A DNA stretch of 64,000 nucleotides. Origin: Narcine bancroftii (taxonomy: Eukaryota). Of the stretch, positions 10,101 through 22,070 are shown piece after piece. The notes below the pieces were generated by a model. The model was not told the origin of the DNA and searched no databases. It saw nothing but the letters and a program-made list of their open reading frames with translations. Location of the stretch: the NCBI RefSeq assembly GCF_036971445.1, contig NC_091469.1, positions 482,546,001-482,610,000 of the forward strand, in the 5' to 3' direction. Position numbers and translations under genes: made by a program. Each line of letters opens with the position of its first letter. Positions within the stretch are counted from its first letter, which is position 1.

Positions 10101-12204
10101 TCTTGTCCAACATAATTTTGCTCATGTGAGGTTCATTCAAGATTCTGATAACAGGGGGGGAAAAAAAACTGACCTGGTGGTGTGTGATCCAACACATACG
10201 ATTCATCTTCCCAACAGGATGGGGGGGGCGGGGGTGAATAGAGTGTGGTTGTGGTGGATTGAGTCTTTGAATATGTTTGGCTGCTTTTCCAAGGCAGCAG
10301 GAGGTATAGATGGAATTGATCGGGGGGGGGGGGGGGGGATGTGGTGATGTGATGACCTTAGCTATGTTCACAACCCTTTGCAGTTTCTTGCGATCTTGGG
10401 TGGGCCAATTTTTTCCCATCCCACACAGAGATGTACCCTGACACTACACCTCCAGAAAGTGTCGAGGTGCTGAGGTCCCATGGTCACGTTCAAATTAAAG
10501 CAGAAGACAAAGCACCTCTTGCGGTGGACATTAATCCCTCCCCAAAAATCTATTTCCTCTTTCAAGGAAGGCGGGGATCATCCATCCCCAGATGCCCCAG
10601 CACTAAAGAGCCATTTGGGAGTCATCCACATTGTGGGGCTTCGGGGACACATAGAGAACAGACGGGCCAAGGAAGGCAGGTTTGTTTCTCAAAGGAGTTG
10701 GTGCATTTCAGGAGAATTTTTCTTGCATTCGTTCATTTGGAGTAGTAAAGTTAGTCAGCCCAACTCAAACATGCCCAACTAACTCATCCCACTGCCTTCC
10801 TCTCTTCTGAACATTGTAATTGTACCTGCCTCTGCAGCTTCTCGAACAGTTTATTCCATTTACTCACCACTGACTGAGTGAGAAATTCCCTTCAGGTACC
10901 ATTTAAATCTTTCCTCTCTCACCCTAAAACTCTGCCTTCCCCTTCTAATTTAACCACCCAAATTTAACTCTATGCCTCCTGGTTCTGGATTTAACCACCC
11001 AAATATAACCCTTTGCCCCCAGTTCTAGTTTTTACCACAAATTTAAACTTGTGTCCCTATTCTAGATTTAATCACCCAAATGTAAGTACAGAGCATTGGT
11101 GGTGATCAGGGAACTTCACCACCGGGCATCTAGGCCCTTGTCGACTACTTGCTGTGCTCACACCACCTGCTATTCCCCCAACTGTGAGCACATTGCTGGA
11201 GTAATTACCTGGCAGTGAGACACTGGGGTTTCCTGACCCTGTGACAGTCGCTGGAAAACAGTTTTATTTGGAACATTTTTACTGTGCTTCCCAACAGTGG
11301 CTCACAGGAGAGCTACAGCATTGAATTTTCATCGGACTCATTCACAACCAAACAGAGTTCTGGGGTATCCATTTTGAGTGGGAAAGTGATTCAGCCCATC
11401 AGGTCTTTACGGACCATGTTTTCCCTCCTGCCTGATCCCACTTGCCTTCATTAACTCCACATCCCACAATGCCCTACTCATTCAAATATCTGCCCACGTG
11501 CCTCTTAAATGTGATTCCTGTTCCCCCTCCACCACTTCATCTGATAGCTCGATCCCACAGAAACTTTGAATGAAGAAGCTACTCATACCTTGACCACCTG
11601 AACTCCCCCAACATTTCTGTGCTTATACAACAATCACACAGACATCACTGCATGAATAATTTACTCCTTTAAACCTCTCCCTTCACACCTGAAAATCACT
11701 GTCCCCTAGTTTTAACTATGGCAATCTACCCTATCGAGGTCTCATCATTTTATCTACCTTGATCACGTCACCTCTCAGCCTCTTTTGCTCCAGAGAAACT
11801 AGACCCAGCCTATCCAATAACCCAATCCAGGCAACATCCTCATGAATCTTCTCTGCACTCTCTCCAGCCTGATCAATTCCTTCCTACAATGTGGTGACCA
11901 GAAATGCACAAAATGCTCCAAGTGCGGTCTAACCAACCAGTTGTACAGCTGTCACATGACCTTATCGCTGAGGAAAGATTCTGTAGGACGGATCCATGTA
12001 CCCAGTGACCTCATCAAGATCCCGCACCAGGAGAAAACTCCACATCGAGTCTCAGAAGGCATTAAACATTCTATGCATGTTCCAGTCTATACTTGTCATG
12101 TGAGAAGACACCAGATAACATTAAATGTGGATATTTAAAATTCTGAACTATTTCAAATCCTGACAATGAGATGCTCTAAAAATTCACCACTTGTTCGGGA
12201 CCTT

Positions 12205-12545
12205 CTATCAATGTCCCCACTCCCACAGACCCACCCCCCCTAATTAATGTCTCCACTTCCCCCATCAGATGCCACTCCCCTGGACACCCCCCCTCCCCCC
12301 GTCAGTCACCACTTCCCCCGTACTCCCCCAGACCCCTTGTCAATGTCCACACTCTCCTCCACCCCCATCAGTCACCATTCCCCCAGACCACTCATCAATG
12401 TCCCCACTCTCCCAGATCCCCCGTCAGTGTTCCCAGATCCCCTTCAGTCACCTCCCCACCCCATCATAGTCCCCACTTCCCCAGAACCCGGCCATCTCTC
12501 CACTTTCCCAGACACTCCTGTCAATGCCCCCACTCCCCCAGACGT
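12205..12545. repeat. Degenerate C-rich tandem repeat (~28-30 bp) upstream of exon 3
   Basis: Recurrent tcaatgtccccactcccccagacccc-like units. Confidence 0.75.
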
Positions 12546-12594
12546 AGTGAAACATTCCTAATGCATGTTATTGAAAATCTCTTTTCATTTGCAG

Positions 12595-12702
12595 CACGTT
12601 TAAATGGGGAGAATCTGATCCCCTTCCATATGAAGTGTATGGTCATTGTGTGGTCTCTCACAACGGACATGTGTACGTCTTGGGAGGGAAGGGAAAAAGC
12701 AA
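12595..12702 (+). CDS. KLHL40: KLHL40 exon 3 (108 bp)
   Basis: TTTGCAG|C acceptor. Encodes (H)[37 protein letters not shown]|GTAAGT donor. Confidence 0.95.
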
Positions 12703-13359
12703 GTAAGTGTCTCTCTTTGCCGCAGTGTTGAAATATTCCTTTCAAAACCTGAACTGAGTCTAAGGAGATCTGGCCACTCCATTCCCTGAGATAACAGAGC
12801 TAGTAACAATGTCCAAGCTCTGTTATCTCCACTCAATGTCCTTCTCACCATTCCTTTGTCTTGCTCTATTTGTATTTATTTTGTAAGGTGGTTTATATAA
12901 ATGTTTGCATGACGCTGCCACAAAACAACAAATGACTTGCTCATGACAATAAATTCTGATTCCCACGAGTACATACCAGGGTATAGGTTAATTGCACAGT
13001 ACGGGCTCGTAGGCCGAAGTGGCCTGTTACCATGCTGCATGTCTAAATTAAAATTAAAAGGTTGCCCACCCCTGATCCATAAGGTCACTCCAGGGCAAAA
13101 TGTCTCACCCTATCCAGTCTCTCCATATACCCCAACCAGTAACATCCTTGTCAATCGTTCCTGCACCGTTTCCAGTTTAATGACATCCTCCTGTTGCAGG
13201 TCAACCAGAACTACGTAGAACACTCCCAAGTGTGGTCACACCAAAATGGTGTATGGTTGTCACTAGATGTCCCAAACACACCTGACTGACGAAGGCAAGT
13301 ATGTTAATGCCCTCTTCACTATACTGTCTACCTGTGTTGCTGCATATAGCATCAATAGA

Positions 13360-13895
13360 AATGTAGAACATTGTAACACAGTACAGGCCCTTCAGCCCAC
13401 AATGCTGGGCTAACCTACTCAACCATCAAAATCTTCCCTACCTCACACCCATAACCTTCTATTTTTCTTCCATCCATATACCTGACTAAGAGTCGACTAA
13501 ATGTCCCTATTGAACCAGCCTCCACCACTATTCCTGACAATGCATTCTAGGCACCCACTACTTTCTATGTACCTGACGTCACCCATGAACTTTCCTCCCC
13601 TCGCGTTGCACAGATGTTGTCTGGTTTCTACTGTCACCCCAGGAAAAAAAAAGTGCTGGAAGCCACCTTATTTGTATCCTTCAAAATCTTGTAGACCTCG
13701 GTTAGGTCACCTCTCATCTCCTTTGCTCCGAAGAGAAAAAGCCTAGCTCTGCTAACCTTTGCCTCATAAGACACGTTCTCCAATCCAGGCAACTTCTTGG
13801 TGAATCTCCTCTGCACTTTCTCCATAGCTTCCACAGCCTTCCTGTAATGAGATGAGCAGAACTGAACACAACATTCCAAGTGTGGTCTCACCAGT
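13360..13895 (-). mobile_element. CR1-type LINE 3' fragment
   Basis: RPHLECCVQFCS..MEKVQRRFTKKLPGL..RGDLTEVYKI. Confidence 0.85.
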
Positions 13896-13899
13896 GTTC

Positions 13900-14470
13900 A
13901 GAATCAGGATTTATTATCATGAACAAGTCATGAAATTCAGTGTTTTGCTGGAAACATTCTTATTATAACCATCTTCTGACATTACTATTAAAATATAATA
14001 ACAATAAGAGGGCACGAAAAGTAAGGCAGTGTCTTTGGTTCACTGATTATACAGTAATTTGATGGCAGCAGAGTGAAGAGGGCATGACCTGGGTGGTGGG
14101 GGGGTCTTTGAGGATAGAGGCTGCTTTTATAAGACACCACCTCATGTAGATGTCCTCGATGGAGTGAAGTCTGTTGCCTGTGATGTCGCAAGCCAAGTTA
14201 ACAACCCTCTGGAGTTTATTCTTGTCCTGAGAGTTGGCACCTCTGCGATGCAACCAGCCAGAATGCTCTCCACGGAACACCTGTAGAAGTTTTTGAGAGT
14301 CTTTGGTGACATACTGAACCTGCCCAGACTCCTCACAAAGTATAGCTGCTTGCGAGCCTTATTTATAATTGCATCAACGTGGAGGCTCCAGGACAGATCC
14401 TCGGAGATGTTGACACCCAGGAATTTGAAGTTCCTGACTCTTCACTACTGAACCCTTGATGAGGACTGGG
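13900..14470 (-). mobile_element. Rex1/Babar-like LINE 3' fragment
   Basis: LKNFYRCSVESILAGCI..KLQRVVN..AASILKDP, typical of the Rex1 C-terminus. Confidence 0.7.
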
Positions 14471-15396
14471 TCCTTGTTTACAGTTTTATAGAGCTGCAAC
14501 ATTACTTCAGCATAAATTTAACATTTTGATTTTTAAAAAAAGACTAAATGGCAAGGAGTAGAAGCAGTCCCCTGTGCCTGTCTTCAATAAGGTGCTGGCT
14601 GGTCCTTCATATAAGAACATTGCAGCATAGTACAGGCCCTTCGGCCCCTGATGTTGTTCAGACCGCCGTAAACTTCTTCCACATCAATCTAACCCCTCTT
14701 TCAATACACAAACGCGCTGGAGAAACTCAGCAGGTCACGCAGCATCCATGGGAAGTGAAGGGTAACCAACGTTTCAAGCCTGGGCCCTTTATCAGGTGTG
14801 AGGGCTCAGGCCCAAACTTTTTGTGTCCTTTTACTTCCTGTGGATTCCGTGTAATCTGCTGAGTTTCTCTGGCATGCTTGTGCATTGCATCCGACCCCAC
14901 CATCTGCAGACGTTCTTGTTTAACCCCCTTCCTCCCTCCCTCACATCCATAAACCTCCATGATTTTTACATTAATGTGGCCACCAAAAGACTTTTGTATG
15001 TCCCTATTGTACCAGCCTTCACCACCATCCCTGACAATGCATTCCAGGCACCCACCACTCTCTGTGTATAAAATATTTGCTATTATCTGGGGGGAAAGGT
15101 GCTGGGTGTCTACCCTATCACCTTTGGACATGCCCCTCGTCTCATCCTCCATTGCTCCAAAGAGAAAAGCTGCAGCTCGAAAGACCTTCCCTCTCCTTTA
15201 CCTCAGTACTAGTTTCCTGCACTGTCTCTATCCCTCAATCTATGAATATTTATCAATCTCTGTTGTTGACAGAGTCCACAGTCTCAAACATCATCATCCT
15301 AATTAGTCAATGCCTTCCTCTGATGGGGGCGCTTGGTTTTGTTTTATTTAAAGAATAAGCTGGACATTTCACCAACTCTCCACCTGTTCATTTCAG

Positions 15397-15582
15397 GAAG
15401 TGCTTGAACAAGGTGTGTGCCTACAATCCTGAGAGATTCGAGTGGAAGGAACTGGCTCCAATGAAAGTAGCCCGCTCCTTGTTTGGAGCAACAGTCTACA
15501 GGGACAAGATCTGGGTGGCCGCAGGGGTCACGGACAGCGGGCTAACCGGGAGCGTTGAGGTGTACGACCCAGTTACGGACAA
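15397..15582 (+). CDS. KLHL40: KLHL40 exon 4 (186 bp)
   Basis: TTTCAG|G acceptor. Encodes [63 protein letters not shown]|GTGAGT donor. Confidence 0.96.
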
Positions 15583-15859
15583 GTGAGTGTGACCCTTTGA
15601 TAAATGTGGACCCCGAGGTCACATAGCAGCAGACGTTGAACTTGCGCGTTCTCTCCAGTCTTGACCCAGCAGACATTCAGCATGATGCTCCCCAGGAAGA
15701 ACCAATGGTTTAGGAGGACTGGGAACCCTGAAATGGGCACATTTGGTAAACCCGCTGTACTAGTGGTCCCGGTTTGATTCCCACAGGTGCTTTTAGTGTG
15801 GAGTTTGCATGTCCCACTACAATCAATCATGCTTCCTAGGGGTTCTATCATTTACTCCC

Positions 15860-16065
15860 CACGGCGCTGTTAGTTCAACGCTATGATAACGCTATGATAC
15901 CGCCAGCAACTGGGGTTCGAATCCAGCGCTGTCTGTACATTCTCCTCGTGACTGCATGGGTTTTTTCTGGGTGCTCTGATTTCCTCCCATGTCCAAAGAT
16001 GTACAAGATTAATAGGTTAATTGGTCACAAGGGCCTGTTAACGTGCTGTCTCTCTAAATTAAAAT
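15860..16065 (+). mobile_element. tRNA-derived V-SINE (HE1-like); further copies near 19680, 22800, 58210, 58600, 59300-59650 and 63465
   Basis: B-box-like GGTTCGAATCC followed by the V-domain-like ttctcctcgtgactgcatgggtttt..gggtgctctgatttcctccca. Confidence 0.7.
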
Positions 16066-16907
16066 TTTTAAAAATCAATTATGTCAAAGATGTCAGGTCA
16101 CTAGGTTAATTATACCCTAGGGTGTCAGGGTGTGAAAGCATCTGGGGAGAGCTGATGGTGTTATGGGTAGGGTAGAATGGGATCAGAGTACATGCAGTTG
16201 ACGCAGACAGGGACACTGATTAATTTCTCAAACCCAGCAGGGCTATTGCCAAGCTGTGCAAAAGGCAGAACCTAATTAGTCACACCTTTCCTGAGGTGGT
16301 GGTATGGACGGAATCGATGGAGCGGAAGCGGGGGGGAGGGGGGGGGATGGTGTGCCTGATGGCCTAAGCTGTTCTCACAACTCTTGTCAGTTTCTTGCGG
16401 ACTTGGGTGGGGCAGCTCCCATATTGTGTTGCGATGCCTCTGGACAGGATGGTGCTTCTGTGAAGATGGGCAAGAGACACTGGGGACATGCTGAATTTCC
16501 TTGGGCTTCTGAGGATGTCGAGGTGTGGACACACTTTCTTGGAATATATATCTTGCAGTTCCTTTGAACAGTCCAGAAAATTATAAAAATGTTGATCAGG
16601 ATTACTTCGGGAGCAGCCAATTGAAGAGATTAAGTGTTGAGGATAATTGGGGATGGGGAGTGGGGGGAGCTACCTGAATTCTTGGGATAATGTGTTGCAA
16701 TACACAAATGTGCTGGAGAAACTCAGCAGGTCACACAGCATTCACAGGAAGTAAAGGGTAACCAGCGTTTCGAGCAACCCTAACCCTCATCAGGAATGCA
16801 GAAAAGCAGTTAGACATCTGAATAAAAAGGTGATGGGAGTGGGGAGGAGGGGGCAGGGGGAGGAGCACAGGCTAACAAGGTCATTGGTGGATACAGATGG
16901 GGCATAT

Positions 16908-17690
16908 TAGGAAAATGGCGGCACTGCTGTAACGGCAGCACTGGCGCTGGTGTGGACCCACAGAGAGCGGGGTCACAGTGCTTCTGCATGGTTTAACTGT
17001 TCATTCCGACTCCTTTCGGCTCTGTACAGGCTTTAAACCGCTTGTTAAAGGAGCTGGGGGTGGTTTGCTTTAAAAATTCTGCGATCACAGGGTCTGTGCT
17101 CCAAGATAGCAGCGCCTATGATCTGCAGCAGTCATGATGGGTTTCAGACTCCAGGAAGCTGAGGACTGGCACCAGTAAATGAAGAGTCCACCTCCACCCC
17201 CCCCCCCCCCCCAAATTTGTGAAGGAGAAGTAGAGGAGACGACCCATGGGGCGGTGACCAGTGAGGGGCTCTGCGGCTGAAGAACACATAGGCGGTGGAC
17301 AGTTGGTGATTCAAGGTGAGGAATCCATGCAGGCTGCGGACTGCTGGAGACTGACTTGAGGCTGGCTGAAGCGGTACCAGATATTGGAAGCAGGATGCGA
17401 GGGGGTACCGAGGGTGCTGAAGGTTTCCTGATCATGTCGGAGGTTTGGATCTGGGGCTCAGGGTGCGGATGGTTTTGTGTGGCTGTGGAGGTTGCAGAAA
17501 CGCTGGAGGCGAATCCATGGACACAGTGACTCTGAGGGGTCTCTTTTTTTCTCTTTCTCTGACCATAAGAGGCGGTTCAGGAAATTTCTGCTGATGGTGA
17601 ATCTATCTGCCTTACGGCAGACAAAAGCAAATTCTGTAATTTTGCACTGTCTCTATTATGTGACAACAAAGGAATCTTGTATCTTGAAGA
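16908..17690 (+). mobile_element. Unclassified non-autonomous retroelement (~780 bp); partial copies at 29940-30295 and 62500-62930
   Basis: Shared blocks (ggtttggatctgg..gggttgc.gatgg, atctgtctgcctta.agcagac..aagcaa, aaggaatcttg) in three places; short tandem 3' tail atcttgtatcttg; no long ORF. Confidence 0.6.
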
Positions 17691-18599
17691 TAGAAGAGAA
17701 ATAAAACAGATGATAAGGGAGAGGGCTTTATGGACGGAGAAGGAAAGGAAGGGGCAGGGAGCAGGAGGAAAGGAGACAGAGGGGTAAAGGAAAGAGAGAG
17801 ACCAAGGGAGGGGGTTGACAGAAATTGGAGAAGTAGACATTGATGCCATCTGGTTGGAGACTGTTGAGGGGGAATACAAGGTGTGGCACCTCCGTTTTGT
17901 GGGTGGCCATGTGTTGGAGCCCAGATCAAGAAAAGTGTGACCCCACACCATAAAGGGAGAGATGTGCTGTGGCACTGAGCAGACTGTTCTCTCCCAACTA
18001 TGTGCAGACAATGTAGAGAAGGTGGAAGAGTCTCCATGGCTCCTAAATAAAGTGGGCATGCATTTATTTGGCACCTTTCATATCCTCAGACTCTTCGGTC
18101 CTCCCTGCCCCGTGGTCACTGAAGTTGTACAGCGGTCCCACAGGTCAGGAAATTCACAAGGACTTCAACTCAATGATAATCAGACAAATTCAGCAACATT
18201 AGTTGAGGGATAATTATTGGTCAGGTGACCAGGAATAATTCTGATATCCTGATGCAGGATCTTTTACTCCCCTGAGCAGAAGACTGGTTTTTCCAACAGA
18301 GACTGAGAGGGTAGATCATGAGAAACTTTTTATCCACAGCAGTGGTGTCTACGCCCAGGAGGCAGAGGTTTATATGCTGAGGATTAAGTCTGGAGGAGCT
18401 GAGCAAGAACCTCCTCCACCAAGTGGATGGTTGGAACCTGGAGCAGACTGTCTGAGAAGCTGACGGACACAGAGACTCTCAAACTCAAGCTGCATCTGGT
18501 CGACAACTTCAATTGCCGGGTCAGGGAGTTGGGCAGCACTTTGGCCCAACTTGTCCATGCTGACCAAGTTGGTATTCTGTAGTTGCCTGCATTTGGTCC

Positions 18600-19620
18600 A
18601 TCGAGCATTGGCTGAATGGCAGGAAACAGAGAGTGGGAAGCTATGGTTATTTTCTTGTTGGCTGTGGTGTACCGCAGGGGTCAGTGTCGGGGCCAGTTCT
18701 TTTTACATTGTATGTTAATAATTTGGATTGTGGAATAAATGGCTTGATGGTTAAATTTGCAGATGATACCAAGATAGGTGCAGGGGCAGGTAGTGAGGGG
18801 GAAACAGAGGCTGCACAGAGTCTTAGACAGATTAGGAGAATGGGGGAAGAAGTGGTAAATTAAATACAGCAGTGTTCGGCCATGCACTTTGATAGAATAA
18901 AAAGGCAAATTATTTTTTGGATGGGGAGAAAATTCAAAAGTGCAACGGGACTTGGGAGTCCATGTGCAGGATATCCTAAAGGTTAGGTTGAGTCGATGGT
19001 GAAGGCGGCGGATGCTTTGCTGGCTTCATACATAGTGGTATTGGATACAGGAGCAGGCATGTGATATTGAAGCTTTATGAGGCACTGGTGAGGCCTCACT
19101 TGGAGTACAAGAGCTCTTCATTTGAGAAGGGATGTGCTGGCATTGGAGAGGGTTCAGAGAAGATTTACAAGAATGCTTCCTGGAATTAAGGGATTAGATT
19201 GGGAACGCTTGACTAATCTTGGACAGTACTCCTTGGAGTTCAGAAGAATGGGGGGGGGGGAATCTCATAGAAGCATTTTTAATGTTGAAAGGCAGGGACA
19301 GAATAGTTGTTTCCCATGGTCGAGGAGTCAAGGACAAGAGGGAACAATTTCAGGAATGAAGGGTGCCCATTTAAAACTGATGCAGAGGAATTTCTTAAGC
19401 CAGACTGCTGAATCTCTGGAATTTGCTACCATGGACAGCTGTGAAGGCCAAGTCGTTGGATGTATTTCAGGCAGAGGTTAATGGGTATCTGAATATTCAG
19501 GGTATCAAAGGTTATGGGGCAAAGGCAGGGGAGTGGGGCTGAGAGGAAGAATAGATCAGTTCTTGTTGGAATGGTAGGATAAACTTGATGGACTGAATTA
19601 CCTACTTTTGCTCATAGACC
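18600..19620 (+). mobile_element. CR1-type LINE, RT to 3' end, degenerate
   Basis: GVPQGSVSGPVLFTLYVNNLD..KFADDTKIG and [14 protein letters not shown]. Confidence 0.88.
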
Positions 19621-21155
19621 TTATGGTTTAAGCCCTCCCGATTCATATATATACATGTTCAGATGTCTTTGAAGACTGAGGGTGGCATGGTTAATGCCAC
19701 GCTGATACAGCAGCAGCAACTTAGATTCGAGTCCCGTGCTGTCCCATGTCTGGATGGGTTGCCTCCCACCGTTCAAAATATAATGGGGGTTGCAGGTTAA
19801 TTGGGTGTAATTGAGCGGCACGGGGTCATGGGCCGAAAGGGCTGTATGTCTAAATTTAAACATTTTTATAAAAAATTTTAAAATTCTTTTACCCACTTCG
19901 ATAGCTTCCTTCCTCTAGCAGCTCGTGGCAGATACAAAACACCCTCTGTGTGTAAAACGTTACCCCTCTGGCCCCGTGTAAATCTCTCCCCTCTCATTTT
20001 AAACCTGTGTCTGAGTTCTTTAATAGTCTACTCTGGAGAAAGAAACTGTGAGCATTCCGTGCCCCTTGTGATTTCATAAACCTCTCTCAGGTGACCCATT
20101 AGCCTCCTACACTGCAGGCCAGCCATTCTCAATCTTCCTTTGGCTATGGAGCCCTTAGGATTCTGCTCAAAGGGCTCCCTTGCATGTGGATCAGTCAAGT
20201 TTAGTTGGTTTCTTCTGTATTACTGACTACATAAAAACATTAAAAATATTTTATTTCAGTCCGTGCCCCCTATTAATGTACTGTGGACCCCAGAGTGGCC
20301 ATAAGGCCAACATTGAGAATGATTATTGGATGTAATAAATAGCCAGCCTATCAAACCCTCTCCCTGTAACTTAATCACAGTAGATTCAGAACCAAGGGTT
20401 GCTGTGAGTATTACTATAGACAGGGCGATGGTCGGCATTAACAAAGTGGGCCAAAGGGCCTGTTTCTGGACAAAATTTCAGTATGGAGTGTGCACTCACA
20501 TTCTTGAAGGACACTCACCTGTCCCAGAACCAAGAGCGGCAACTCCTCACTATTGCCAATTCACCTAGAACCAAACTGTCCTTACTGGATGAAACCAAGA
20601 TATCCGGTGGGCAGGGGGTGGGCAGAAGAAACCTAATCAGTAGCTCTCCAATCCTCCTCATCTCGACCTCGCCCTGATCTGACAGATGTTTATAAAAATC
20701 ACAGGGGCTGCGGCTCGAGTGAGTTCTCACAGCCTTCTACTGAGGGTTGGAACGAGAGGAAATTGATTTAGAACAAGAGGGGAAAGGTTTAGAATGAGAG
20801 GGTTCAGGAGGGATACCAGGGGCAGCATTTTTTGTTCAGAAGGTGGTCCGTATCTGGAAAGAGATACTAGAGGAAGCAGTAGAGAAGAGGAACGACATCC
20901 AAAAACTGCATGAATAGAGTCTTGGATGGGCAGGGTTAGGAGGGTATGGACCCAATGGAGGGAAACGGGACAAGCCCAGAATACCAACACAGTGTGGAGA
21001 CCGAGGACCCTGTTCTATGCTGAGCCAGGTCAGGGGTCAGGTTCATGCCCTTGTCCCAGATGCTTTGAACTTGTAGGGAGTGGGGCAAGAGTGGGGAAGG
21101 GGGGGTGCGCTGTCATTTGTTGGACCCAATGCTCCATCCCTGTTCTCTGCTGCAG

Positions 21156-21302
21156 GTGGGAAGAAGGTGTGGCCTTCCCCCAGGAGAGGAGCTCGCTGAG
21201 TCTGGTCGCCCAGTCAGACTGCCTGTATGCCATTGGCGGCTTCTCCACTGTCGAAGACGAATCCGGAGACTTGGTTCCCACCGAGATCAATGACATTTGG
21301 AG
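21156..21302 (+). CDS. KLHL40: KLHL40 exon 5 (147 bp)
   Basis: CTGCAG|G acceptor. Encodes [48 protein letters not shown](R). AG|GTAAGT donor. Confidence 0.96.
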
Positions 21303-21699
21303 GTAAGTTGTGGGGAAGTGCGGAGGGCAGTCCACAAATACTCCAGAGGAATTCAGCAGATCATGGGTCCTGAGTCCTTTGTCAGGCAACTGAATAAAAT
21401 GGTGGAGGTGAGGAGAGGACATAGATGGAGGTCAGGAGAGGCTGAGAAGTGATGGGATGGGGGAAGATCTCTGAATAATGAGGGAAGGGAAAGAGGGTGA
21501 TTCAATGATCGTTCCGATTCCTGAATGATTAATGAATGAAAGACACTACTTTGACTTTTCGTACACATTTTTTTTTGGTAAGGTGGTTGGAATAAATGTT
21601 TTCACTGTGATGCTACTACAAAACAACAAATTTCATGGCTTGTTTATGACAATAAATTCCAAACTAGAACAAAAGAGACTGAGGGACTCGGGGCAGGGT

Positions 21700-22070
21700 T
21701 TTAATGGAAACCGAAGACAATGTTAATGCCATCTGGTTGGAGGGTGCCCAGAAAGAATACAATTTGCAGGTGGCCTCATTTTAGCAGCACCTGAGGCCAA
21801 GGACAGACATTTCAGTGAGGAAAGAGAGTGTGGAATTGAAATGGTTGTCCACTGGGAAGTATCCACTATTGTAGTGAAGGTGCTCAACAAAGTGATCGCC
21901 TAATCTGCATCTAAACTTCCTGATGTTGATGAGATTACAGCAGGAGCACCGGATGTAGTAGATGACCCCTGCAGATTCACAAGTGAAATGTTGCTTTACT
22001 TGGAAGGACTGTTTGGGGCCTGGAATGGTAGTGAGGGAGGTGTGGGTGTGTGGCATCTCCTGCATTCATG
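21700..22070 (-). mobile_element. Penelope-like GIY-YIG fragment
   Basis: PKQSFQVKQHFTCESAGVIYYIRCSCC..RLGDHFVEHL..PVDNHFNS. Confidence 0.8.

Noticed and set aside
15900-15930. tRNA gene (GGTTCGAATCC)
   Set aside because: It is a SINE head B-box; no cloverleaf can be formed.
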